Below, piece after piece: positions 31,582-40,934 of a stretch of 64,000 nt of DNA; position 1 is the stretch's first letter; each line of letters opens with the position of its first letter. The notes under the pieces were generated by a model. That model saw only the letters and a program-made list of their open reading frames with translations, was not told the DNA's origin and searched no databases. The DNA is taken from assembly GCA_963835065.1 (NCBI GenBank), contig CAWIEK010000030.1:1-64000 (forward strand), in the 5' to 3' direction. The stretch is from an uncultured Chthonomonadaceae bacterium (GTDB lineage: Bacteria; Armatimonadota; Chthonomonadetes; Chthonomonadales; Chthonomonadaceae). The translations under genes and the position numbers were made by a program.

Positions 31582-32026
31582 TATTGATAAATATAATATT
31601 AATCATAATCACCTATAAAATACTCCGAAGATGATTTTCCTGCTGCGCAAACTAACTTTCTGAGGTGCTTGCAGTCGGGATTTTTCTGTTATCAGTCACC
31701 TATTTGTCCATAAATCGAAATCTTTTGTACACAATTTTGATACGGATGGTTCCATCCTATATGTAGCCCCGTTCAAGCGCATGCTGCCTATATAGCGAAA
31801 CGTCCACGATAGAGATAGCTTCAAGATAAGTTGTACACACGTATTTTTCCTCATCCTCATCATGTTTTATTGCCCCATGTAAGAATTATCTGTCCTTTAT
31901 CTCTAACAGGTGCAACTTTTTTCTGATTTTTTCCGTCTTCTTAAACAGATTACGAATTTTGATCGGTTTGCATGGAATATGCACATACCGATAGAAGATT
32001 GCAATCAGGTTCTTAAAGGAGGCATC

Positions 32027-32827
32027 ATGACGGCTACAACATCTTCGAGTAGTGAAGTGAATGATAAGGCAAAGCGGATACGACGAGAGTGGCTGTTCCC
32101 ACGCTTGTCCATTAACGATGTTCGCATGTTCATAGATAAAATCGCAACGGACGGTTCTGGTGAAAAGATGCGTCGGATCAATCTACTTGATCTTTGCCAA
32201 GTGTCTGACTCAGGACATACCCGAGAAAAGATAACCGTGTCACAATCCTATGGTCTGACTGTCGGCAGTTACGTAGCTGACTTCATTGAACCTACTCCCA
32301 TTGGGTTACGGTTAGCGCAGAGTCAGCACCCTAAGTCAATTCTCATTGACATTATTGTAGCGAACGAGTATTTCAAGAAATTTCATGATCGCTACGCTGA
32401 CAAGAAAGTACCTAACCACAAAATACTGAAGGATTGGTCGCTTGATATTGGTATTCCAGCAGATCAGGCAGACACCTTTACCAAGGTTGTGCTGGAGAAT
32501 GCCCACACTGCAGGTCTCATTCAGACCTTCCACAGTGGAGATATGTTTGTATCCATCGATCATGCCCGTGAACAACAGGGTCAGGACAACTCAGATGCAA
32601 TGAACGTTGGGCAGATAACCGACGCTCCTGCAGCCGCAAAGGAACAACATACACAATCTACTATTGTTCCTCCCTTGGTGACAGCAACACACCACAATGT
32701 TCCGAAAGGGCCAGAAGTTCACATTGACATTAACATCCATATTGCTTCGGATTCCAGTCCTGAACATATTGATGCGGTCTTTGCGAGCATGGCAAAACAT
32801 TTTTACAGCCGCACTGAGGAGCAGTAA
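32027..32827 (+). CDS. Hypothetical protein: wHTH-like N-domain and DUF5343-like C-terminal motif
   Basis: AAAGGAGG RBS; FPRLS...YGLTVGSY...TPIG; C-terminal VHIDINIHIASDSSPEHIDAVFASMAKHFY; low GC; family assignment tentative. Confidence 0.6.
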   Translation: MTATTSSSSEVNDKAKRIRREWLFPRLSINDVRMFIDKIATDGSGEKMRRINLLDLCQVSDSGHTREKITVSQSYGLTVGSYVADFIEPTPIGLRLAQSQHPKSILIDIIVANEYFKKFHDRYADKKVPNHKILKDWSLDIGIPADQADTFTKVVLENAHTAGLIQTFHSGDMFVSIDHAREQQGQDNSDAMNVGQITDAPAAAKEQHTQSTIVPPLVTATHHNVPKGPEVHIDINIHIASDSSPEHIDAVFASMAKHFYSRTEEQ

Positions 32828-32829
32828 CA

Positions 32830-33351
32830 ATGGAGCCTCTGCATGTGATAGCTCTTGCGAAAGACATAACGGGATTGTTAAACCAACCTGATGCGGCTGA
32901 ACGCAAGAATACAACTGAGTTGTCAGAAAGTGTACAAGAAATTTCTTCGTTGCAGCTATTCGATCAACTTATACCTTCTGGACCAATTGCAAAAGCTAGT
33001 CGCCAACTGTTTTCAGACGGTCATTATCGCCAATCAGTTGTTGATGCCTACATTTGCTTGGATCAGATAGTGAAGAAGAAAGCGAACTCAACAGAGACGG
33101 GTTGTTCCTTAATGCGAACTGTCTTCAGTCTCAAAAAGCCAATTTTGCGGCTCAATGCTCTATCTACTTCTTCTGAAGAAAACGAGCAACAGGGCTATAT
33201 GGATATGCTTGCGGGGGCGATGATGGGAATACGGAACCCGCGTGCTCATGACCATGACTGGCAGGATGATGCTGAGACTGCGTTGGTGTATCTCCACTTT
33301 GCACACCATCTGGCTCAACGTGTGTTCACATCGAAGAGAGATTCGGCGTAA
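32830..33351 (+). CDS. TIGR02391 (Ymh) family HEPN protein
   Basis: LFSDGHYRQSV, G.SLMRTVFS, EQQGYMDMLAGAMMGIRNPRAH (RxxxxH). Confidence 0.85.
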   Translation: MEPLHVIALAKDITGLLNQPDAAERKNTTELSESVQEISSLQLFDQLIPSGPIAKASRQLFSDGHYRQSVVDAYICLDQIVKKKANSTETGCSLMRTVFSLKKPILRLNALSTSSEENEQQGYMDMLAGAMMGIRNPRAHDHDWQDDAETALVYLHFAHHLAQRVFTSKRDSA

Positions 33352-33479
33352 ATAGTTCAGTGATTCTTGACAATGCAAGTTTCCGTGCTGTACCCATACC
33401 AAGGTGGTGTGGTAGGTGGTAACGAAATCCGCCTGCGTGGACTAAAACCTTTACTTGTTGAAAGGCCCTTAAGTATCAA

Positions 33480-34568
33480 ATGCGAGGTACGCTGCCAGTG
33501 ACACTTTCCATCAACCAGATATATCAGGGCGATTCCCGCGCTCTGCTTGCTGAAGTTGCGCCCAATTCGATTGCCTGCAGTGTCTGGTCGCCGCCGTATC
33601 ATTTAGGCAAGGATTACGAAAAGTATCTTTCTTATGAGGCGTGGATAGACATGCTCCGCACGGTGATCCAGCATCATTTCGCCCTGCTGAAACCCGGCGG
33701 CTTTCTCGTGGTCAACATCGCCGACATTCTGTGTTTTTCCGATGAAACCATGCCGCGCATTCAGGCCATGAACCTGCGGCGACAGCGCGCCTGCGTAACA
33801 CAGGAAGATGTTCTCGCCGCCAAAATTGAGTTTCCACATTATAGCCGCTACGAACTTGCCGCGCATTTGGGGTGCAGCGAACAAACCATAGATCGCAGGC
33901 TGAACGGAAACAACATTCGTGGCGGCAAGTACGCCACGCAGACGCGGGTTCATCTCGTCGGCGGGATTATTGAGCAGGCTGGCAGTGACGCCGGGTTGTA
34001 CCTGTATGACCGGCGCGTGTGGGTAAAAGATGCCGCGTGGGAAAACTCGAAGTGGCACACGCTCTCCTACCGGGCTGTAGATGAGTTTGAGTACCTTTAT
34101 TTCTTCTGGAAGCCGGGAACAACTGTTGTTGACCGCAATCGTCTGACATCGCAAGAATGGGTGGAATGGGGGTCGCGGGCTGTCTGGCAAATTCCTTCTG
34201 TACGCGCAAACGACGATCACGAGGCCAAATATCCCATTGAATTGCCACGCCGGGTTATTAAACTGCTCACCGCGCCCGGCGATACGGTTTTGGACTGTTT
34301 CGCGGGCAGTGGAACCACGCTCGTTGCCGCCATCCGAGAAGACCGTAACTTTATCGGCATTGAGTTGAAGCCGGAGTATGTCGAAATAGCTCGTCGCGCT
34401 TGCGCCGTCGAGCAGCAAAAAGAGGCGTTCATCAACAATAGAAGCACGCCTGCGAACGGGGCCGCTAAACAAACAGCGCAGCTCGCCCTTTTGGAAAATC
34501 AAGGTTTCTATATGGCTAACTCAATGGATTCCGAGGCTGTATCTGCCAGCGCTGTTCCTGAAGCCTGA
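33480..34568 (+). CDS. DNA amino-methyltransferase, beta class (probably m4C, M.BglI-like)
   Basis: WSPPY precedes VLDCFAGSGTT; HEAKYP; internal HTH-like segment. Confidence 0.9.
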   Translation: MRGTLPVTLSINQIYQGDSRALLAEVAPNSIACSVWSPPYHLGKDYEKYLSYEAWIDMLRTVIQHHFALLKPGGFLVVNIADILCFSDETMPRIQAMNLRRQRACVTQEDVLAAKIEFPHYSRYELAAHLGCSEQTIDRRLNGNNIRGGKYATQTRVHLVGGIIEQAGSDAGLYLYDRRVWVKDAAWENSKWHTLSYRAVDEFEYLYFFWKPGTTVVDRNRLTSQEWVEWGSRAVWQIPSVRANDDHEAKYPIELPRRVIKLLTAPGDTVLDCFAGSGTTLVAAIREDRNFIGIELKPEYVEIARRACAVEQQKEAFINNRSTPANGAAKQTAQLALLENQGFYMANSMDSEAVSASAVPEA

Positions 34569-35370
34569 CCTGTCGGCATCGCCAGCCATTTTCCAGCGAA
34601 GCCAGAGGATTAAGCCGGATGCGCGTTCGCTTGTCTTCGGCGGCTTTGCTCTTGTCGTCCTTGCCGGGAATAAGCAGACCGGGCGTTCGCGCATACACCG
34701 GCCCATCGAACATCAGCAGGCCGTTGGGAACGCAGGCGACTTCCAGATAGTGCAGCGGCTGAACGCCATAATCCTGCACAGTGTAGACGGCTTTCAGGAA
34801 GTAGGTCAAACACAGGCGAACCGTGCCGTCCAGAACGTAAAACGGCGGTAGCTTCGGCTGAAATACCATACTGGCGCGTTGACCTGTCACCGTCCATGAC
34901 GAATTGACAACTCCCTCGTTCCACAGTGCGCCGTCGCCGGAAACCTGTTGCGGCGGCGCAACCACTTCATCAGTACGGTCATTCGGCCCCGTCAGTTTTA
35001 CGTCGAAATGCACAATAGCATCATCATGCGCAAAGCGCACATCGCCGCCGAACGGCAGGCCGGGGAACGTAGTCGCCGGCAGCTGCTCGACAATAACGCG
35101 CAGCAAATTGAAACTCAACGATTTTTCACCCACCTCGCTCCATGGAATGGCATTTCCTGTCGGGGCGCGTCCACGCTGTTTCGGTGAGTAGCTGCGCCAA
35201 AACGGCAGCAGATCGTTGGCTTTGCCGAAATCGCGTTCCAGACGCTCCGCCGCCGCAAGCGTCACGCCAACCAAGAAGTCCATGTACCGCCGCTCAACGG
35301 AAACAATGTAAGCAGGATCGCGTAGCAGTTCGGCGCGACGGGTAAAATAATCCGCAGCAGACAGGCTCAT
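34516..35370 (-). CDS. Type II restriction endonuclease, BglI-like
   Basis: FW..Y.P..RG..P.G..IPW.EVGEK, GLP.G.D.R, D.K..GP.D, QVSG.G, VPNGL, PGKDD match recalled R.BglI motifs. Confidence 0.85.
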   Translation of the reverse strand: MSLSAADYFTRRAELLRDPAYIVSVERRYMDFLVGVTLAAAERLERDFGKANDLLPFWRSYSPKQRGRAPTGNAIPWSEVGEKSLSFNLLRVIVEQLPATTFPGLPFGGDVRFAHDDAIVHFDVKLTGPNDRTDEVVAPPQQVSGDGALWNEGVVNSSWTVTGQRASMVFQPKLPPFYVLDGTVRLCLTYFLKAVYTVQDYGVQPLHYLEVACVPNGLLMFDGPVYARTPGLLIPGKDDKSKAAEDKRTRIRLNPLASLENGWRCRQVRLQEQRWQIQPRNPLS

Positions 35371-35621
35371 TTTTGGCCTGCCTTTCGGTCGCTTTCCTGC
35401 TCGTCAAACTTGACAAAAAGCTGTCCTAATGACAGCCCAAGCGAACGCGCGAGTTTGTTTGCCGTTTCTATGGTAACGGTTTTCTCGCCGCGTTCGATTG
35501 CGCCAATGTACGTTCGGTGCAGGTCACAAATGTCTGCCAAGCCTTCCTGCGTCAATCCGGCGGCAAGGCGCAAATCACGAACAAGACAGCCAAAACGCTC
35601 CGGTAAGTTGGATTCTTCCAT
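35367..35621 (-). CDS. R-M controller (C) protein, XRE HTH
   Basis: LTQEGLADICDLHRTYIGAIERGEK; overlaps the REase start by 4 bp. Confidence 0.9.
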   Translation of the reverse strand: MEESNLPERFGCLVRDLRLAAGLTQEGLADICDLHRTYIGAIERGEKTVTIETANKLARSLGLSLGQLFVKFDEQESDRKAGQK

Positions 35622-35627
35622 ACAACA

Positions 35628-35671
35628 ATCATAGGTGAGTTGCTATCTTTAAGTCTACATTCTAAAGGTAG
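35628..35671 (-). promoter_or_regulatory. Leaderless C-R promoter with C-box-like inverted repeat
   Basis: TATGAT 6 nt before ATG; IR CTACCTTTA-N11-TAAAGATAG enclosing ATGTAGACT. Confidence 0.6.
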
Positions 35672-35781
35672 AGTGGGGAACACCTGTATGCGTGGTATAC
35701 TTCCTACAGGAACGGAATACGGCGCTTGCTTATGCTCCTGTGAAATTTCACTGTGAGGTTACGCGCCTTTTGGGAGAAAAC

Positions 35782-36078
35782 ATGACTTTATACGTTTGGT
35801 GGCTGATATTGATAGGAACAGGATTGTTTGTAGGCGCGTTGGGCGCGTGGACGACGCAGGCGGCGCGGGTCTTTATGAAGACGCTTGGAGTTCCGCTTGT
35901 CTTAGTCGTGATGCACCTGCTGCTTCCCCCTAATTTCCCCGCCCGAACCAATATCTGGCTGATACTGCTGGACATTGTGTTGTTCGCGCCCTTCGCGCTG
36001 TTGGGGGATTACGTTGTCGGCCTGTTGCTCGGACGGCATGACCGCGCCGGCTACCGCTCCAATTCCGTAGGACATTAA
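35782..36078 (+). CDS. Small membrane protein (about 3 TM)
   Basis: Hydrophobic segments; GGAG RBS. Confidence 0.55.
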   Translation: MTLYVWWLILIGTGLFVGALGAWTTQAARVFMKTLGVPLVLVVMHLLLPPNFPARTNIWLILLDIVLFAPFALLGDYVVGLLLGRHDRAGYRSNSVGH

Positions 36079-36124
36079 ACGAAATTTTGCAGGGCATCGG
36101 CGCGGCAGCGCGAAACCGAGGAGA

Positions 36125-36817
36125 GTGGCATTGGATGAATTGATTGTGGGGGTGCGGGAGTTTCAGGCCGAAGTGTTCCGCGAACGGCAGGCGTTGTTTG
36201 AACGGCTGAAATCCGGGCAAAATCCTGACGCGCTGTTTATCACCTGCTCGGACTCGCGCGTCAATCCTAACCTGATTACGCAAACCGATCCGGGCCAGCT
36301 TTTTATTATTCGCAACGCGGGCAATATCATCCCGCCGCACGGCGCGGCCAATGGCGGCGAAGGCGCAACCGTCGAATACGCGGTACTGGCGCTCGGCATC
36401 CGCGATATTATTGTGTGCGGACACTCGCACTGCGGAGCGATGCGCGGCCTGACCCATCTCGAAGAACTAAGCGAAATGCCTGCGGTCACGCGCTGGCTGC
36501 GCCATGCCGAAGCCACCCGGCTGGTTATGCGCGACAAGTACCCCGATTTGCACGGCGAGGAACTGCAAACGCAGGCCGCCCGCGAAAACGTGCTGATACA
36601 AATCGAAAATCTGCAAACCCACCCCACTGTTGCCGCAAAACTCTCTATGGGCAAATTGAAACTGCACGGCTGGATGTACCACTTTGAAACGGGCGAAGTC
36701 TCGGCGTACAGTTCCGCTTCACGCCGGTTTGTTCCTATCGCGCACGGCGGCGACGGCGCAGGCGAGTTTCAAATTCTGGAACATCTGCCGGCGGGTGTTC
36801 CCTCTAAGGATATGTAG
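36125..36817 (+). CDS. Beta-class carbonic anhydrase
   Basis: GQNPDALFITCSDSR, RNAGN, CGHSHCGAM. Confidence 0.95.
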   Translation: MALDELIVGVREFQAEVFRERQALFERLKSGQNPDALFITCSDSRVNPNLITQTDPGQLFIIRNAGNIIPPHGAANGGEGATVEYAVLALGIRDIIVCGHSHCGAMRGLTHLEELSEMPAVTRWLRHAEATRLVMRDKYPDLHGEELQTQAARENVLIQIENLQTHPTVAAKLSMGKLKLHGWMYHFETGEVSAYSSASRRFVPIAHGGDGAGEFQILEHLPAGVPSKDM

Positions 36818-38425
36818 AGCAAGAAGAACGCAGTGAGAGTGAAGAGTGAGTGTAAGCAATATGTAGAGAAGTCGTCGAAACAGTGGCAATGCAGCGCTTT
36901 CAGCCCGAAGTCTCGTAGTGTCAAGTTGTGAATAGAGGCGTCGTGACCTCCGAATGGTTAAGGCGGGCGGGAGTGTACAGGAATCTTCTTGCGCCTCCTT
37001 CGAGTTAAGTTGTTAGGTTGTTAGGAACTACGAATTTGCAGGATTTCCTCTGTTGGGTTATATTGTAAATTTTTGTGTTGTGTACAAGGTTGGAACGGCA
37101 AAGTTTTCTTTTTTTAAGGACACGCGCCCATGTACTCTCGTTCCATCACGCGCTTTGCGTCCGCCCTTGCCGCCTGCGTTGCTGTGTCGCTCGTGACGTT
37201 CACTTCTGTCGCCCACGCGCAGATTACTTTCATTAGCGCCAACACCACGCTGGACAGCGCCAATCCGATCACACAAGGACGCTTGCACTTTCCTGCCGGG
37301 TATTTTTATACGGATTGGGATAGGCTGTTTATCACCTGCTCGGACTCGCGCGTCAATCCTAACCTGATTACGCAAACCGATCCGGGCCAGCTTTTTATTA
37401 TTCGCAACGCGGGCAATATCATCCCGCCGCACGGCGCGGCCAATGGCGGCGAAGGCGCAACCGTCGAATACGCGGTACTGGCGCTCGGCATCCGCGATAT
37501 TATTGTGTGCGGACACTCGCACTGCGGAGCGATGCGCGGCCTGACCCATCTCGAAGAACTAAGCGAAATGCCTGCGGTCACGCGCTGGCTGCGCCATGCC
37601 GAAGCCACCCGGCTGGTTATGCGCGACAAGTACCCCGATTTGCACGGCGAGGAACTGCAAACGCAGGCCGCCCGCGAAAACGTGCTGATACAAATCGAAA
37701 ATCTGCAAACCCACCCCACCGTTGCCGCAAAACTCTCTATGGGCAAATTGAAACTGCACGGCTGGATGTACCACTTTGAAACGGGCGAAGTCTCGGCGTA
37801 CAGTTCCGCTTCACGCCGGTTTGTTCCTATCGCGCACGGCGGCGACGGCGCAGGCGAGTTTCAAATTCTGGAACATCTGCCGGCGGGTGTTCCCTCTAAG
37901 GATATGTAGAGCAAGAAGAACGCAGTGAGAGTGAAGAGTGAGTGTAAGCAATATGTAGAGAAGTCGTCGAAATAGTGGCAATGCAGCGCTTTCAGCCCGA
38001 AGTCTCGTAGTGTCAAGTTGTGAATAGAGGCGTCGTGACCTCCGAATGGTTAAGGCGGGCGGGAGTGTACAGGAATCTTCTTGCGCCTCCTTCGAGTTAA
38101 GTTGTTAGGTTGTTAGGAACTACGAATTTGCAGGATTTCCTCTGTTGGGTTATATTGTAAATTTTTGTGTTGTGTACAAGGTTGGAACGGCAAAGTTTTC
38201 TTTTTTAAGGACACGCGCCCATGTACTCTCGTTCCATCACGCGCTTTGCGTCCGCCCTTGCCGCCTGCGTTGCTGTGTCGCTCGTGACGTTCACTTCTGT
38301 CGCCCACGCGCAGATTACTTTCATCAGCACCAACACCACGCTCGACAGCACCAACCCGATCACACAAGGACGCTTGCACTTTCCTGCCGGGTATTTTTTT
38401 AATACCCGGCCAATTGGGATAGGCT
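36232..38425. repeat. Tandem duplication, 1,092-bp unit (36232-37323 and 37324-about 38425)
   Basis: Near-identical sequence at offset 1092/1091. Confidence 0.95.
37130..37909 (+). CDS. Chimeric ORF: signal peptide + REP-derived linker + beta-carbonic anhydrase core
   Basis: MYSRS...VAHA-QITF fused in frame to LFITCSDSR...; C-terminus identical to 36125-36817. Confidence 0.65.
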   Translation: MYSRSITRFASALAACVAVSLVTFTSVAHAQITFISANTTLDSANPITQGRLHFPAGYFYTDWDRLFITCSDSRVNPNLITQTDPGQLFIIRNAGNIIPPHGAANGGEGATVEYAVLALGIRDIIVCGHSHCGAMRGLTHLEELSEMPAVTRWLRHAEATRLVMRDKYPDLHGEELQTQAARENVLIQIENLQTHPTVAAKLSMGKLKLHGWMYHFETGEVSAYSSASRRFVPIAHGGDGAGEFQILEHLPAGVPSKDM

Positions 38426-38430
38426 CTTAA
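38221..38430 (+). pseudogene. Truncated exported-protein gene ending in a REP element
   Basis: Signal peptide plus about 19 aa, then REP sequence from 38368 and stop. Confidence 0.65.
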
Positions 38431-38594
38431 TTAAGCGTAGACGGCTATTTAGATGCGCCGCTTCTGCTGATGCTCACTTTTCGCTTGACAGCGCGGGGTA
38501 ATGTGCGGTATATTGGGAAGTCTGTCGCGCCTGCCCTGTTGTGGAAACCATTTCACTTTCGGGAAGCCGATACCAATTTTTAAGGAGAATCGTT

Positions 38595-38870
38595 ATGTCC
38601 CGAGTTTGTCAGGTGTCCGGGGCCGGCCCATTGAAAGGGCACCGGCGGCGCCACCCCCACTCCGGCGCGTGGAACTTGCGCGCCCCGAAAACCAATCATA
38701 CGTTCCTGCCGAATTTGCAGACCGTCACGGTCAATACGCCCGAAGGCAAAGTGCGCCTGAAGGTGACGACCAGCGTGATGAGCAGCCGCAACTTTCAGGA
38801 TTATCTCACCGGCGTCAAGCCGCTGCCCAAAGAACTGACCAAAAAGTCGCGCCAGCACCTGAAAAAGTAA
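38595..38870 (+). CDS. rpmB: 50S ribosomal protein L28
   Basis: MSRVCQVSG...FLPNLQ...VRLKVTT; AAGGAG RBS. Confidence 0.85.
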   Translation: MSRVCQVSGAGPLKGHRRRHPHSGAWNLRAPKTNHTFLPNLQTVTVNTPEGKVRLKVTTSVMSSRNFQDYLTGVKPLPKELTKKSRQHLKK

Positions 38871-38974
38871 GGGTACGACCGGGCGGTCAGCCGCTATTCT
38901 TTGCGGACTGCTAAAAGCCTCTGTCCTCAGACGGTACGCCGAGGCAGAGGATTGTCCCTGTTAGCATAGACGCT

Positions 38975-39017
38975 AAGCGGGCGGGAAGACAATATAATGT
39001 TGTCTTCCCGCCCGCTT
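38975..39017. terminator. Hairpin between convergent genes
   Basis: AAGCGGGCGGGAAGACAA / TTGTCTTCCCGCCCGCTT. Confidence 0.7.
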
Positions 39018-39046
39018 CGTGTTTATATCGGGGTGAGAGATTGCTA

Positions 39047-39307
39047 TCAAACCACTGCCGCCACGCGCTGCAAGACTTCCGTTAATTCCTGATCACCGGG
39101 TTCAATCAGGACGGCGCGGCCTTCCGGGCCGTCAATAAGGATCGTCGGCACTTTGCCGGAACCTCCGTTTTGGGCGCGCATGGCGTCTTCGGCGCTCGGC
39201 GTGTGGTCTATGTCAATCTCCACAAAGGCCACGCCCAGGCGCTGCAAAACGCGCCGGGAGCGCGTACAGTCGGGACACCAACTCGTCATGTACACGATGA
39301 TAGGCAC
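39047..39307 (-). CDS. Glutaredoxin-like protein
   Basis: WCPDC, VPTI. Confidence 0.9.
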   Translation of the reverse strand: MPIIVYMTSWCPDCTRSRRVLQRLGVAFVEIDIDHTPSAEDAMRAQNGGSGKVPTILIDGPEGRAVLIEPGDQELTEVLQRVAAVV

Positions 39308-39344
39308 GGCGGTCTCCAGAAAGTTGATAGTTGAGGGATAAGCA

Positions 39345-39423
39345 AATGATGAATGATGAATGATGAGTGATGAATAACACGCTACAGTTTACTCATCATT
39401 CATCGTTCATCATTCATCACTTC
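39345..39423. repeat. Inverted heptamer arrays (AATGATG)x4 ... (ATTCATC)x4
   Basis: Complementary arms with about 15-nt spacer. Confidence 0.9.
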
Positions 39424-39431
39424 AAGAACTC

Positions 39432-40220
39432 TCAACTCGGCCTCAAATGCACATCCGCTCCCAACTGCGTCAACTGGACGCGCAGCGCTTCCGCTTCCGG
39501 CTGGGGCATGTCTACTCCCACAATTAACGGGGCGTGGGCGGAGATGGTTCCCGTCAGGCGCTTGACCTGCCCGGCATCCACATCCAGCAGGGTTTCCAGC
39601 GTTGTCAGCAGGCGCGCTTCGCGGGAATGGTCGTAGGAGTAGATGACAACATCCATGTTGTGTTCGGTGAGCAGGCGGGCCGGCTGCGGCGAGGGCGCGG
39701 GGGCGGGTGTCGGGCGATAAGCGGCGTTCGTGGCGGGCTGCGCGGCCTCTATCTGAATGTTCGCGTTGCACTTCTGGCAGATGAGGCGCGTGGATTTGAC
39801 AGACACGCGGTTGTCCGTTCCGCACGACCCGCAACTGACCACGCGAATGGGAACCAGGGCGCCGTTTTCAAAGCGCACGGTCTGGTGACAATTCTCGCAC
39901 TCAAAATTGGTGGTGGGTTCCGCCAGCAATTGGTTGGCCGCATCACAGTAGGGGCAGTTAAAGGGAACCGTCGGGATGTTTTTCACCTGACCAATGCGAT
40001 ACGCCGCGCCCACAATCACAGCGGAACCGGCGGCAATTATCAGATACATCAGAATTTGCGTGGTATGCAGCAGGTGGGGGCTGTCCCGCAAAGCCACTTT
40101 CAAAATCCAGATCATAATCAGGGCGAACACGATGATGCCCGCGCCAATGCCGATCCATTTCAGGCCGTTGGCGGTCGCCTCTTCACGAACTTCGGAAATC
40201 GTTCTTGTGCCATCTGCCAT
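39432..40220 (-). CDS. Membrane protein with two TM helices and four CxxC Zn-ribbon motifs
   Basis: CPYC, CENC, CGSC, CQKC; C-terminus resembles L7/L12-like domain. Confidence 0.7.
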   Translation of the reverse strand: MADGTRTISEVREEATANGLKWIGIGAGIIVFALIMIWILKVALRDSPHLLHTTQILMYLIIAAGSAVIVGAAYRIGQVKNIPTVPFNCPYCDAANQLLAEPTTNFECENCHQTVRFENGALVPIRVVSCGSCGTDNRVSVKSTRLICQKCNANIQIEAAQPATNAAYRPTPAPAPSPQPARLLTEHNMDVVIYSYDHSREARLLTTLETLLDVDAGQVKRLTGTISAHAPLIVGVDMPQPEAEALRVQLTQLGADVHLRPS

Positions 40221-40538
40221 AATGCGCGCGGCTCCTGTCAGGGGGTGGAGAAAGTTGGTGGTGCTTACGCATTAATTATAACGAATTTGCCTCGCCGCTG
40301 TCAAGCAAGCGCAAAGGGCGGAAACAGGTCGTCTGCTGCGCCTGTCTGTTGAAACAATATTCCATAACACCGTAGAGTTGTAGAGAAACCTGCAAGTTCC
40401 TGTTGGAATGATGTATAATAGCTTTGCCACACCCGTTAGTTGCTTGCAGGCAATCGAGCAAAATCTATGCGAAACCGTGTCTATGCCAACATGTCAGCGC
40501 GTTGAAGCGAACAAACGCCCCACGTTGAGGAGCCAACT

Positions 40539-40934
40539 ATGGAACCATCCAAAAATCCGCAAACACCCCCGGCTAACCATGCTGAACAACATTTGTCAAA
40601 TATCATTCAGACGAACGCCTCTCATCTTCAGAGTGTCCACGAACTCATCAGCCATTTAGCAGGGAAGTCATCCAGGAATTCTGATGAAGAGGCAACAAAC
40701 AGTGTAGATTTCAAAATGCCGTCCGGTTATGAAGTTGATCCCGCCAGCACCTCCAGACGCGTTATCCTCCGCAAAAAACATAAGGTCACAATGGCTGATA
40801 ACGGAAAAGACGATGTGGCAACAGCGGACTTCGAAGTACACATATCCATGACTGCGAGCGAAACTACTGTCAGCATGGGCATCCCGGATCACGCCGGGTC
40901 AGGCCCTCAGCCTCAACCCGGTTCAGGATCCTAA
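40539..40934 (+). CDS. Hypothetical protein
   Basis: GAGGAG RBS; 131-aa ORF; no recognised motif. Confidence 0.55.
   Translation: MEPSKNPQTPPANHAEQHLSNIIQTNASHLQSVHELISHLAGKSSRNSDEEATNSVDFKMPSGYEVDPASTSRRVILRKKHKVTMADNGKDDVATADFEVHISMTASETTVSMGIPDHAGSGPQPQPGSGS

Noticed and set aside
37130..38430. Diversity-generating retroelement TR/VR pair
   Set aside because: No reverse transcriptase in the window and differences are not adenine-specific
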